Source: Clostridia bacterium
GTDB lineage: Bacteria > Bacillota > Clostridia > UBA1212 > UBA1255
DNA length: 64,000 nt
NCBI GenBank assembly: GCA_017935905.1
Contig: JAGBGO010000027.1
Span: 17,289-81,288, forward strand
Reading direction: 5' to 3'
Under the pieces are notes generated by a model, which was not told the origin of the DNA, searched no databases, and saw nothing but the letters and a program-made list of their open reading frames with translations. Below are positions 17,897 through 26,575 of this stretch, piece after piece (position 1 is the first letter of the stretch; the number at the start of each line of letters is the position of its first letter). The position numbers were made by a program, and so were the translations under genes.

Positions 17897-18641
17897 CTGT
17901 TTGAGAAGCCTCCTCTTCGCTTTGCAGTATACTTAACAATATGCGCAAATCCGACCGATTGGTGACTTTCAAATTGCCCGGATTGCCCGGACAGATGCCA
18001 ACCTGCTGTCCTTCCGGCAAACATTCTTCCATATACAAAACCAAACCGGTGTCGTCCGTAATTTCCGGAACGTCGGCGGCCTCTTTGGAAAGGGCATTCT
18101 CGTAAAATAGATGGGCTTTATGAATCACGCCGTAGCGGAAGCTTTGGGGCGTTTGCACGTTCCACAAAAATTTCCTGGGCGGAATGGAAGCAAGGTTCTC
18201 CCCATCGCTGCTGATCACAATGGTATCCACCGTCTTCTCTGCGGTGACACATGCGCCTTTGGATTTCGCCATGGCGATATTGGCACTGACGGTTGCCGGT
18301 GTAATATTGGGTCGCACGCCGTCGTGAATCAACACAACGTCTTCGGCGGCGCAAACTTCTGCCAGCGCCTCAACGCCTTGATAAGAAGATTCTCTCCGGG
18401 TGGCACCCCCGGGAAGCACTTTTTGTAATTTAGAGATTTCATAATCCCGAACGATTTCCCATACCGTATCCCGGCTTTCTTCCGGGCAAACTACGTAGAT
18501 GGCATCAATTTCCGGATGATGCTGAAAAACCTCCAAGGTGTAGGCAAGAATGGGTTTGCCGCCTACGTGTAAAAATTGTTTCGGGATTTCCGTTCCCATA
18601 CGGCGGCCCATACCGGCTGCCAGAACAAGTGCTACGTTCAT
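17883..18641 (-). CDS. ispD: IspD/TarI-family cytidylyltransferase
   Basis: LAAGMGRRM, PKQF, IHDGVRP, QTPQSF, TDD and NLKVT motifs; TarI-type activity not excluded. Confidence 0.8.
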   Translation of the reverse strand: MNVALVLAAGMGRRMGTEIPKQFLHVGGKPILAYTLEVFQHHPEIDAIYVVCPEESRDTVWEIVRDYEISKLQKVLPGGATRRESSYQGVEALAEVCAAEDVVLIHDGVRPNITPATVSANIAMAKSKGACVTAEKTVDTIVISSDGENLASIPPRKFLWNVQTPQSFRYGVIHKAHLFYENALSKEAADVPEITDDTGLVLYMEECLPEGQQVGICPGNPGNLKVTNRSDLRILLSILQSEEEASQTGDLR

Positions 18642-18706
18642 CGTGTACGTTCTCCTTTAAGTTCTACTCGGTTCTATTATACACGGAAATGGTTTTATCG
18701 ACAAGA

Positions 18707-18870
18707 TTGGACACACAGGGGGATAAAATGACTGTTACGTGTCCGGCATTTTACCGATTTCCGGACACAAAACCCTTGCAAGCACCTCTATGTGTCCAAA
18801 ATAAGCAAATTCGACCTGTCCAAGAGCACTTTTCCGGACACATATCGCCCTAAAAAGGTCGTTTGTGTCC
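18707..18870. repeat. Chain of gapped inverted repeats GGACAC-N23/24-GTGTCC x3
   Basis: GGACAC at 18709, 18763 and 18836; GTGTCC at 18739, 18792 and 18865. Confidence 0.7.
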
Positions 18871-18906
18871 ACGCGCTTCCGCGCAAAGTTCTCTATCCTT
18901 TTTACA

Positions 18907-18935
18907 TTGACTTTCGGGGCCTTTTGCGGTATTAT
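18907..18935 (+). promoter_or_regulatory. Sigma-A promoter for ileS
   Basis: TTGACT-N17-TATTAT about 30 nt before the start codon. Confidence 0.65.
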
Positions 18936-18966
18936 GAACTGAACTATGTTTTATTGGAGGGACTGT

Positions 18967-21900
18967 ATGTACGAGAAAGTATCTACGGACTTAAATTTTG
19001 TTGAGCGCGAGAAGAAAGTACAGAAATATTGGGAAGACAACGATATCTTCCGCAAGAGCATTGAAGAACGGGCGCAAGGTGAGACGTACACCTTCTACGA
19101 CGGCCCTCCCACGGCCAACGGAAAGCCGCATATCGGACACGTTTTAACCCGTGTTATTAAAGATATGATTCCCCGTTACCGCACTATGAAAGGCTACAAA
19201 GTCCTGCGCAAGGCCGGTTGGGATACCCACGGACTTCCTGTTGAATTGGAAGTCGAGAAGATGCTGGGTTTGGACGGCAAAGAGCAGATTGAAGAGTACG
19301 GTATGGATCCGTTTATTCAGAAGTGCAAGGAAAGCGTTTGGAAATACAAGGGTATGTGGGAAGATTTTTCCGGCACCGTTGGTTTCTGGGCGGATATGGA
19401 TGATCCTTACGTAACCTATGATAATAACTTTATCGAATCCGAGTGGTGGGCACTGAAGCAAATTTGGGAGAAGGGTCTTTTGTACAAAGGCTTTAAGATT
19501 GTTCCCTACTGCCCCCGTTGCGGAACACCCCTCTCCTCTCACGAAGTGGCGCAAGGGTACAAATCCGTGAAAGAGCGTTCTGCTATCGTTCGTTTTAAGG
19601 TAAAGGGCGAAGACGCCTACTTCCTGGCGTGGACAACCACGCCCTGGACGCTGCCTTCCAACGTAGCCCTTTGTGTAAACCCCGCAGACGAATACTGCAA
19701 AGTAAAGGCTGCCGACGGCTACACTTACTATATGGCGAAAGCATTGTTGGATACCGTACTGGGCAAACTTGCAACAGACGGACAAGCCGCTTATGAAATT
19801 TTGGATTCTTTCCCCGGCACCGCTTTAGAACACAGAGAGTATGAGCCTTTGTTTGCTTGCGCAGGCGTTTGTGCCGACAAACAAAAGAAGAAAGGCTTCT
19901 TCGTAACCTGTGACAGCTACGTTACCATGTCCGACGGTACCGGTATCGTACACATTGCACCGGCCTTCGGTGAAGATGACGCCCGGGTTGGCCGCAACTA
20001 CGACCTTCCTTTCGTACAGTTTGTAGATGGACAAGGTAATATGACGGAAGAGACGCCCTATGCAGGCGTATTCGTAAAGAAAGCCGATCCCTTGGTATTG
20101 GTAGATTTAGACAAAGAAGGCAAACTCTTTGACGCGCCTAAGTTCGAGCATGACTATCCCCACTGCTGGAGATGTGACACGCCTTTGATTTACTACGCAA
20201 GAGAGTCCTGGTTCATCAAGATGACCGCCGTACGGAATGACTTGATCAAGAACAACAATACCATTAACTGGATTCCCGAGAGCATTGGTAAAGGCCGTTT
20301 CGGCGACTGGCTGAACAACGTACAGGATTGGGGTATCAGCCGAAACCGTTATTGGGGTACGCCTTTGAATATTTGGGAATGTCCTTGCGGACACCGCCAT
20401 GCCATCGGTTCTATTGCCGAGCTCAAAGAGATGTCGGATAACTGTCCCGATGACATCGAACTGCACCGCCCTTATATTGACGCGGTAACCCTTCGCTGCC
20501 CTGAGTGCGGCGGTGAGATGACCCGTGTAAAGGAAGTAATCGACTGCTGGTTCGACTCCGGTGCTATGCCTTTTGCACAATGGCACTATCCTTTTGAGAA
20601 CAAAGAAATTTTCGACGACAACTTCCCGGCAGACTTTATTAGTGAAGCCGTAGACCAGACGAGAGGTTGGTTCTATTCCTTGCTGGCCATTTCGACGCTC
20701 CTCTTTGACAAAGCGCCCTACAAGAACGTTATTGTATTGGGCTTAGTGCAAGATGAGAACGGACAGAAGATGTCTAAATCCAAAGGCAACGCGGTAGATC
20801 CTTTCGACGCCCTCAATACCTTTGGTGCCGATGCCATTCGTTGGTATTTCTATTCCAACTCTGCGCCTTGGCTTCCCAACCGTTTCTACGCAAAAGCCGT
20901 TACGGAAGGTCAGAGAAAGGTACTTGGCACGCTGTGGAACACCTACGCATTCTACGTACTGTACGCCAACATCGACAAGTTCAATCCTTTGGAGTACAAG
21001 TTGGAATACGACAAACTTTCCGTGATGGACAAATGGATGCTTTCCCGTCTCAATACGTTAGTAAAGACGGTAGACGGTTGCTTAAACGACTACAAGATTA
21101 CGGAAACCGCCCGCGCTTTGTCTGATTTCATTGACGAACTCAGTAACTGGTACGTGCGCTGCTCCAGAGAACGTTTCTGGGCAAAAGGGATGCCGCAGGA
21201 TAAGATCAACGCCTATATGACGCTGTACACCACCATCGTAACCTACTGTAAGTTGGCAGCGCCTATGCTTCCGTTTATGACCGAGGATATTTACCTTAAT
21301 CTGGTAGCCGGCATCGATGCAAATGCACCCAAGAGCATTCACCTTTGCGACTTCCCCGTAGCAGACGAAGCGCTGATCGACGCAGATTTGGAAGCCGGTA
21401 TGGAGAAAGTTCTGGAAATCGTCGTACTTGGCAGAAGTGCCAGAAACAACGCTGCGATCAAGAACCGCCAGCCCCTTGCAAACATGTACGTGAAGGCAGA
21501 GGGGACGTTGGACGGCTATTTTACCGAGATTATTAAGAACGAGCTGAACGTACAGAACGTTGCCTTCGTAGACAACACCGATGCGTTCCTCACCTACTCC
21601 TTTAAGCCCCAGCTTCGTACTTTGGGCCGCAAGTTCGGCAAGGACATCGGGCGTGTGAAGGAATATTTGGCTGCCCTTACCGGCAAGGATGCGGCAGAGG
21701 CTATGAAGACGCTGAAAGAAACCGGTTCTATGGATATCGTGTTAGACGGCGTTGCAACTCCCGTTACGGAAGAAGATCTGCTTATTGAATCTGCCAAGTT
21801 GCCGGGCTTCGAGGCACAAGAAGATAAGGGAATTACGGTAATCTTAGATACCACCTTGACGCCGGAGTTGATCGAGGCAGGTTTCGTGCGTGAATTGATC

Positions 21901-22134
21901 AGCCGTATCCAGACCATGCGGAAAGAGGCCGGTTTCGAAGTAACGGATCACATCGAAATCTTCGAGACAGGCAGCGAGGAAATCCGCAAGGTGCTTCTTG
22001 CAAACGAAGCGGAGATCAAAGCAGAGACGTTGTCCGAGGCTTTGACGGTGGATGCGGAAATTCCCGCAGATGCTTATGCCAAGGAATGGGATATTAACGG
22101 CAAGAACGTAACTTTGGCGGTGCGCCGGGTTTAA
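18967..22134 (+). CDS. ileS: Isoleucine-tRNA ligase (IleRS2 type)
   Basis: DGPPTANGKPHIGH, GWDTHGLP, AWTTTPWTLPSN, CWRCDTPL, DWGISRNRYWG and KMSKS motifs; RBS GGAGG before ATG 18967. Confidence 0.96.
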   Translation: MYEKVSTDLNFVEREKKVQKYWEDNDIFRKSIEERAQGETYTFYDGPPTANGKPHIGHVLTRVIKDMIPRYRTMKGYKVLRKAGWDTHGLPVELEVEKMLGLDGKEQIEEYGMDPFIQKCKESVWKYKGMWEDFSGTVGFWADMDDPYVTYDNNFIESEWWALKQIWEKGLLYKGFKIVPYCPRCGTPLSSHEVAQGYKSVKERSAIVRFKVKGEDAYFLAWTTTPWTLPSNVALCVNPADEYCKVKAADGYTYYMAKALLDTVLGKLATDGQAAYEILDSFPGTALEHREYEPLFACAGVCADKQKKKGFFVTCDSYVTMSDGTGIVHIAPAFGEDDARVGRNYDLPFVQFVDGQGNMTEETPYAGVFVKKADPLVLVDLDKEGKLFDAPKFEHDYPHCWRCDTPLIYYARESWFIKMTAVRNDLIKNNNTINWIPESIGKGRFGDWLNNVQDWGISRNRYWGTPLNIWECPCGHRHAIGSIAELKEMSDNCPDDIELHRPYIDAVTLRCPECGGEMTRVKEVIDCWFDSGAMPFAQWHYPFENKEIFDDNFPADFISEAVDQTRGWFYSLLAISTLLFDKAPYKNVIVLGLVQDENGQKMSKSKGNAVDPFDALNTFGADAIRWYFYSNSAPWLPNRFYAKAVTEGQRKVLGTLWNTYAFYVLYANIDKFNPLEYKLEYDKLSVMDKWMLSRLNTLVKTVDGCLNDYKITETARALSDFIDELSNWYVRCSRERFWAKGMPQDKINAYMTLYTTIVTYCKLAAPMLPFMTEDIYLNLVAGIDANAPKSIHLCDFPVADEALIDADLEAGMEKVLEIVVLGRSARNNAAIKNRQPLANMYVKAEGTLDGYFTEIIKNELNVQNVAFVDNTDAFLTYSFKPQLRTLGRKFGKDIGRVKEYLAALTGKDAAEAMKTLKETGSMDIVLDGVATPVTEEDLLIESAKLPGFEAQEDKGITVILDTTLTPELIEAGFVRELISRIQTMRKEAGFEVTDHIEIFETGSEEIRKVLLANEAEIKAETLSEALTVDAEIPADAYAKEWDINGKNVTLAVRRV

Positions 22135-22150
22135 TTCTTCGGGTAAAATG

Positions 22151-22179
22151 AGCTGCCTCGCTTGGAGGCAGCTTTTTTT
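22151..22179 (+). terminator. ileS terminator
   Basis: AGCTGCCTC-gcttg-GAGGCAGCT followed by a T run. Confidence 0.85.
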
Positions 22180-22196
22180 ATGACCTGATAGCGTGT

Positions 22197-22260
22197 GCGG
22201 GGTTAAATTCCATAAAAAAGCGGGGTTTAAACCCCGCATTTGCAGGAATTTTAACCCCCG
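22197..22260. repeat. Nested palindromic element
   Basis: GCGGGGTTAAATTCC-N8-GCGGGGTTTAAACCCCGC-N7-GGAATTTTAACCCCCG. Confidence 0.7.
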
Positions 22261-22326
22261 GGTTGTCGTATAATCGTGCTAATAGCAGCCTGTGGCGCAA
22301 CAAAGCAAGCACACATCTCCATTTTT

Positions 22327-23877
22327 CTATTCCGGCCCCCGCATATCCAGCTCCACCGGATAGGTGCAAATATCATTGCCTAATCGCTCCGTATACACCG
22401 CCCCAAAGGCCGCCAATTCCGGCGCAATTCCGCGCAAAGCCTTGCGCACGTTCACTTTATGGAAGACCACAAAGTCGAAATAAACGCCCTCCGGCCCTTC
22501 GCAAATGTCAATCGCTTCCGCATAGAAGGATTCCACCAACGCCCTTTTCAAAAGTGCAGTCAAATAAGCCACGTCGTCCTCGTAAGAAAGGTGATGCTCC
22601 GGCACAAATAAACTGCCCAAAGAGAAACCGCCCTCCCACAAATATTGAGAAGGTCCTTCAAACCCTAAAATAAAATCAAAAGAAAGTTGCTCGCAGTACG
22701 TGCGCAAATGGGAAACCGGGCGCTGTTCCTGCATCCCTTCCATATCTAAACTTCTGTAATTGCACCGTTCCGGCGCCAACCTGGACTTGTCCTGAATTTG
22801 CTCGTCAATCATCCGGGAAAACTCTTCCGCCGTTACGCAATCTCCTTCGAAAACCATTTCCGACTTAGGAAAAGGCACCAATTCCAGTACCGCGCCCCGA
22901 AGCCGTTCCTCGCCGATCACCTGGCACAAATACATATAGTTGGCACAATAAATATTCGTGGGAATTTCCTCGTCGTTCTTGCGCAATTCCGGGGGCAGGA
23001 ACATCGCCTCAGGACTGCTTGCATCCCAGCGGACAAACATCCGTACCGTAAACAAATCCTGCTGCTCTAAGTACGTTACTTGCAGAAGGGGCGGGTCCAT
23101 TTCCGGATTGCAGCCGGTAAAAAGGGGAAATTGCCGATAAAAACCCCGTACCCCGTACGGATACACGTCCCAGCGGTTCTTAATCACATCCGGCATCTTT
23201 CGGATAAAATGTTTCGCAATCAATTCAGCGCACATAATACCGCCACCCGTAAGCATCAGCACGTAGCGGGTAATCCCCTGTCCCTTTAAATCCCGATATT
23301 CGTATTTCGACAGGGCAGGGAAAATGTATTCTTGCATTTCCATTTCCGCCAGCAAGGCGCTGATCTGCGTGGTAGCTTCTAAAATATCGCCCGCGGAAAG
23401 TGCCGCCACCAGTGCCTCTTCAATCTTAATGAAACCCCACCAGAAATCTTCCACAGCGTACGTGGGTTCGTACGGTGAAAGCAGCCCTTCAGTGGCGCTT
23501 TGCTCCTCACGTTCCAAACAAATGCCGGACAGGGAAATCTCATCAAAATGGCCGGTAAGATCCTGTGCATCGTTTCCATACCGCCCGCAGCCGGGACATT
23601 TAGAAATCACCGCTTCCCGCAAATGGGTTTCATACGTCTTGCGCGGCAGTACGTATACAGTTACCGGATAGATTCGTCGGCAGTCTGCGATGGTAAGCGA
23701 TCGCTCCCGAATTTCTTCTTCAATGAAATAAGGCGGAATGCATCCTGTGGACGGAAGTTTGCGCAGGCGCAAAGAAACGCCGTCTGCAATACGGGCCCGA
23801 AATTGGGAGAACGTAGGTGCATCCGGGGGAAGCAAATAATATTCACCTTGATAGTAAAATGCCTCTGTTTCAATCAT
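22327..23877 (-). CDS. Hypothetical protein (516 aa)
   Basis: Long uninterrupted ORF following the metallophosphoesterase; CPGC motif; no confident family. Confidence 0.75.
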   Translation of the reverse strand: MIETEAFYYQGEYYLLPPDAPTFSQFRARIADGVSLRLRKLPSTGCIPPYFIEEEIRERSLTIADCRRIYPVTVYVLPRKTYETHLREAVISKCPGCGRYGNDAQDLTGHFDEISLSGICLEREEQSATEGLLSPYEPTYAVEDFWWGFIKIEEALVAALSAGDILEATTQISALLAEMEMQEYIFPALSKYEYRDLKGQGITRYVLMLTGGGIMCAELIAKHFIRKMPDVIKNRWDVYPYGVRGFYRQFPLFTGCNPEMDPPLLQVTYLEQQDLFTVRMFVRWDASSPEAMFLPPELRKNDEEIPTNIYCANYMYLCQVIGEERLRGAVLELVPFPKSEMVFEGDCVTAEEFSRMIDEQIQDKSRLAPERCNYRSLDMEGMQEQRPVSHLRTYCEQLSFDFILGFEGPSQYLWEGGFSLGSLFVPEHHLSYEDDVAYLTALLKRALVESFYAEAIDICEGPEGVYFDFVVFHKVNVRKALRGIAPELAAFGAVYTERLGNDICTYPVELDMRGPE

Positions 23878-23906
23878 AACAAAACAAGTATACCGAAATC
23901 ATCTCT

Positions 23907-24761
23907 TTAAGACAAGTGAAAGATGGCAATTTCGGCAAAAGATCCGAATCGAATGGGAAGCAAGGAGCAACCTAATCCGCTGGTAACGTAGAGGGGGAAA
24001 CCTTTATAATCGTGCAACCCGTAAATGTAGCCCTCTTTGGGCAGCCGGTCTTCTTTCAGGAGCGTAAATTCCAAATTAAAAGGCGTACGAATCTGACCGC
24101 CGTGGGTGTGACCGCACACGGTAATATGGGGGCGCAATTCTGCCGGCACAGATTCCAGTCGAAGCAGCATATCGGCGTTGTGAGTCGCCAGTACGAAAGA
24201 TAGATTGTTTTCTTGAGCCATTTTACCCCACTTTGAAACCAGTGCTGCCACGTCCGCCGCATTGGTGCGTACGTCGTTTAAGCCACCGATGAGCGCGTTT
24301 CCGTACGTCACAGCCTCCTCCTCTAATATCTTAATGCGAGGAGACAGCAGGGACAGCTCCCGAATATACGCTTTGCGCAAATCCGGCTTCCCTTCAAAAA
24401 TTTTATTTTCATGATTGCCAAACGTGATAAAGATCGGTACTTGCACGCTTTGGGCGACGTTTTCCACAAAATAAGCTGCGCGCCCAGTTTCTTCCAGACG
24501 ATTACATAAATCGCCGGTAATGACGATAAAATCAGGATTGACGTTTTTCACCGCAGCAGCAATTTGACGCACGGGGATGGGCATATTCGCAATGTGAATA
24601 TCTGAAAGCAGCACAAAAGTGCAAGGCTCCCCGCTGCCGTTGATTTCTTTGCGGGTGGCAATCAGTTTCCGGGCGCGTTGCATCATCACCATGCATGCCA
24701 TCATAATCAAGGCGCAAAGTATACATACCCCTATTAAGATCATTTGAATCCATTCCCGCAT
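23907..24761 (-). CDS. Membrane-anchored metallophosphoesterase (YkuE-like)
   Basis: LSDIH, ITGD, FGNHE, THN, CGHTHGGQ and VTSGLG motifs; N-terminal TM. Confidence 0.9.
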   Translation of the reverse strand: MREWIQMILIGVCILCALIMMACMVMMQRARKLIATRKEINGSGEPCTFVLLSDIHIANMPIPVRQIAAAVKNVNPDFIVITGDLCNRLEETGRAAYFVENVAQSVQVPIFITFGNHENKIFEGKPDLRKAYIRELSLLSPRIKILEEEAVTYGNALIGGLNDVRTNAADVAALVSKWGKMAQENNLSFVLATHNADMLLRLESVPAELRPHITVCGHTHGGQIRTPFNLEFTLLKEDRLPKEGYIYGLHDYKGFPLYVTSGLGCSLLPIRFGSFAEIAIFHLS

Positions 24762-24776
24762 ATCGCTGTAAGCCTC

Positions 24777-25682
24777 TTATTTCCAATTCCAATCGTCTTT
24801 GTGAATCTGATAGTCTTCTTGAGAAATATCCGTTTGGATAATTTTATTCTCCTTCTCCGCTTCCTTGCGCAATTTCTCTGCCTTGGCTTTCTCCCGTTCT
24901 TTCTTAGAAGGCAAGATATCTACTTTCAAAAGCATCAAAATTGCGATGCGCGCCAAACCAAAAAGTAAGAACGTGCCGGCCAGCGCATAGGCAATCCAGC
25001 ATAGAATCTCAATAAAATCAGACATACGGAAACCCGCGTCCAACTCCACCTGTTCCACGTGCTCTACACGGGGTGTAGACGTCATTTCCGCCGTGGCACC
25101 GGGGAGAATTTCCTCATCCAAACCGGTGTCTGCCGGTGGCATGGTTTCCTCAGCAGGGGCCGTTGTGGCCGGTTGCGCCGTGATGCCGGGCGGTGTAAGA
25201 ATTTCCAATTTAGGCGGTGTGGTAGGAACCACCGGTGTAGGCTTCTTGGTAGGGGTTGGTGCCTTGGTAGGCGCCGGCGTCTTCGTTGCCGCAGGCTTCG
25301 TGGTGTTCGGGGCTTTGCTTCCCGATGGCGAGGGAGATCCTGTGGCTGCAGGCGCTGTGGTCGCAGCCGGGGTTCCGGATGGAGAGGCCGATGTTTCCGG
25401 TGTCTCGCTTGCCTCCGGAGACGAACTGGTTTCCGGTGCCTGGCTTACGTCCGCCGTAGGTGAAGATTCCGCTGTAGCCGCTGCCGATTGAGCAGGCGAT
25501 GGACTGGGCACTGTCGCTTCCCCGGAGCTTGCAGGTAAAGTAGCAGACGATTCCGTTGCCGAAGTGAACTGCACCGGGGCAAAATGCCACAGGACAGCCA
25601 GTACCGCTATACATATTACGATCATCCAAGCGGTGGAAAAAATCTTCCGCCAAAATACTTTATCCATTTTAGAATTCATCAT
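24777..25682 (-). CDS. Hypothetical membrane protein with Ser/Thr/Pro-rich linker
   Basis: N-terminal TM/signal, long low-complexity S/T/P/A tract, C-terminal TM and charged tail. Confidence 0.8.
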   Translation of the reverse strand: MMNSKMDKVFWRKIFSTAWMIVICIAVLAVLWHFAPVQFTSATESSATLPASSGEATVPSPSPAQSAAATAESSPTADVSQAPETSSSPEASETPETSASPSGTPAATTAPAATGSPSPSGSKAPNTTKPAATKTPAPTKAPTPTKKPTPVVPTTPPKLEILTPPGITAQPATTAPAEETMPPADTGLDEEILPGATAEMTSTPRVEHVEQVELDAGFRMSDFIEILCWIAYALAGTFLLFGLARIAILMLLKVDILPSKKEREKAKAEKLRKEAEKENKIIQTDISQEDYQIHKDDWNWK

Positions 25683-26562
25683 TTCCTATAATCTTCGACC
25701 GACGAACAGCGCGGCCTTTCTTTCTTCCCCAAATGAGGAATCCAATAGCAATACCGATCCAAATACCCACGATCAATACCACCATCATCCAAAAGCCCAA
25801 TGCACCGGTCTTAATCAAAAGTGACTGTGCCTCCGGGGTGGGGGTAGGCGTCGCTTTCTGTGTAGCCTCCGGCGTCACGGTAGGAATCACTTCCGGCGTT
25901 TTGGAAGGTTCCAACGTTTCCTCCTCACCGGGGGTTCCGTCCGGCGTAGCACTGGGATCTACTTCATCCGTGCCGATAGGTGTCTGCTGGCCGGGGGTGG
26001 TAGCGCCGGGCGTCCACGAGGGCGTCTTGGTGGGTGTAGGCGTAGGCGTTGGGGTAGGTACGTTCGCCACTTCAATCTGCTTTGAAACCACTGCACTGCC
26101 AAAGATTTGGCTGGGCGTCAGTTCGGTAAAATTACCGTCTGCTGCACGGGTCACTGTGGCCGTCACAGTGCTCTTGCTTCCGGGTTTGCTATTATTGGTA
26201 ACGGCAAACACCAATTTCTGTGTGGCCTGTTTTGCGGTGAAATCTTCCGGTGCAAAAATAATGGTAATCTTAGAATTGGCTTCATCTACCGTAATGGTGT
26301 CCGTCACACCTTCCGTCTTCGTGCTGGAATTCTTGGAAAACCAAAGCATACCGGCATCGTAGGTAACCTCAATCTGGCCGCCGGACACACCGTTATCTAA
26401 TGAAAGACCCACGGTGATCGTAATGGATTTACCGGGCTGCGCAGCATCCGCCGAAGACGTTAGAATAATTCCGTTGGCAGCCGAAACCGGTAATGCCATA
26501 GCAGAAACGCAAATCACGATAAAAAGAAAGCATACAACTATTTTCTTTGATAATTTTCTCAT
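25669..26562 (-). CDS. Cohesin-like domain surface protein with PT linker and C-terminal membrane anchor
   Basis: Signal peptide (VSA), PGKSITITVGL...SGGQIEVTYD cohesin-type beta sandwich, PTPTPTPT linker, TM plus basic tail; start 26562 has an RBS. Confidence 0.7.
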   Translation of the reverse strand: MRKLSKKIVVCFLFIVICVSAMALPVSAANGIILTSSADAAQPGKSITITVGLSLDNGVSGGQIEVTYDAGMLWFSKNSSTKTEGVTDTITVDEANSKITIIFAPEDFTAKQATQKLVFAVTNNSKPGSKSTVTATVTRAADGNFTELTPSQIFGSAVVSKQIEVANVPTPTPTPTPTKTPSWTPGATTPGQQTPIGTDEVDPSATPDGTPGEEETLEPSKTPEVIPTVTPEATQKATPTPTPEAQSLLIKTGALGFWMMVVLIVGIWIGIAIGFLIWGRKKGRAVRRSKIIGNDEF

Positions 26563-26575
26563 ACGCACAACCCTC

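Noticed and set aside
18642-18966. T-box riboswitch upstream of ileS
   Set aside because: No T-box consensus or terminator/antiterminator seen, and the promoter lies close to the start codon.
25059-26362. Gly/Val- or Arg-rich + strand ORFs
   Set aside because: Reverse-complement artefacts of Pro/Thr-rich linkers on the minus strand.
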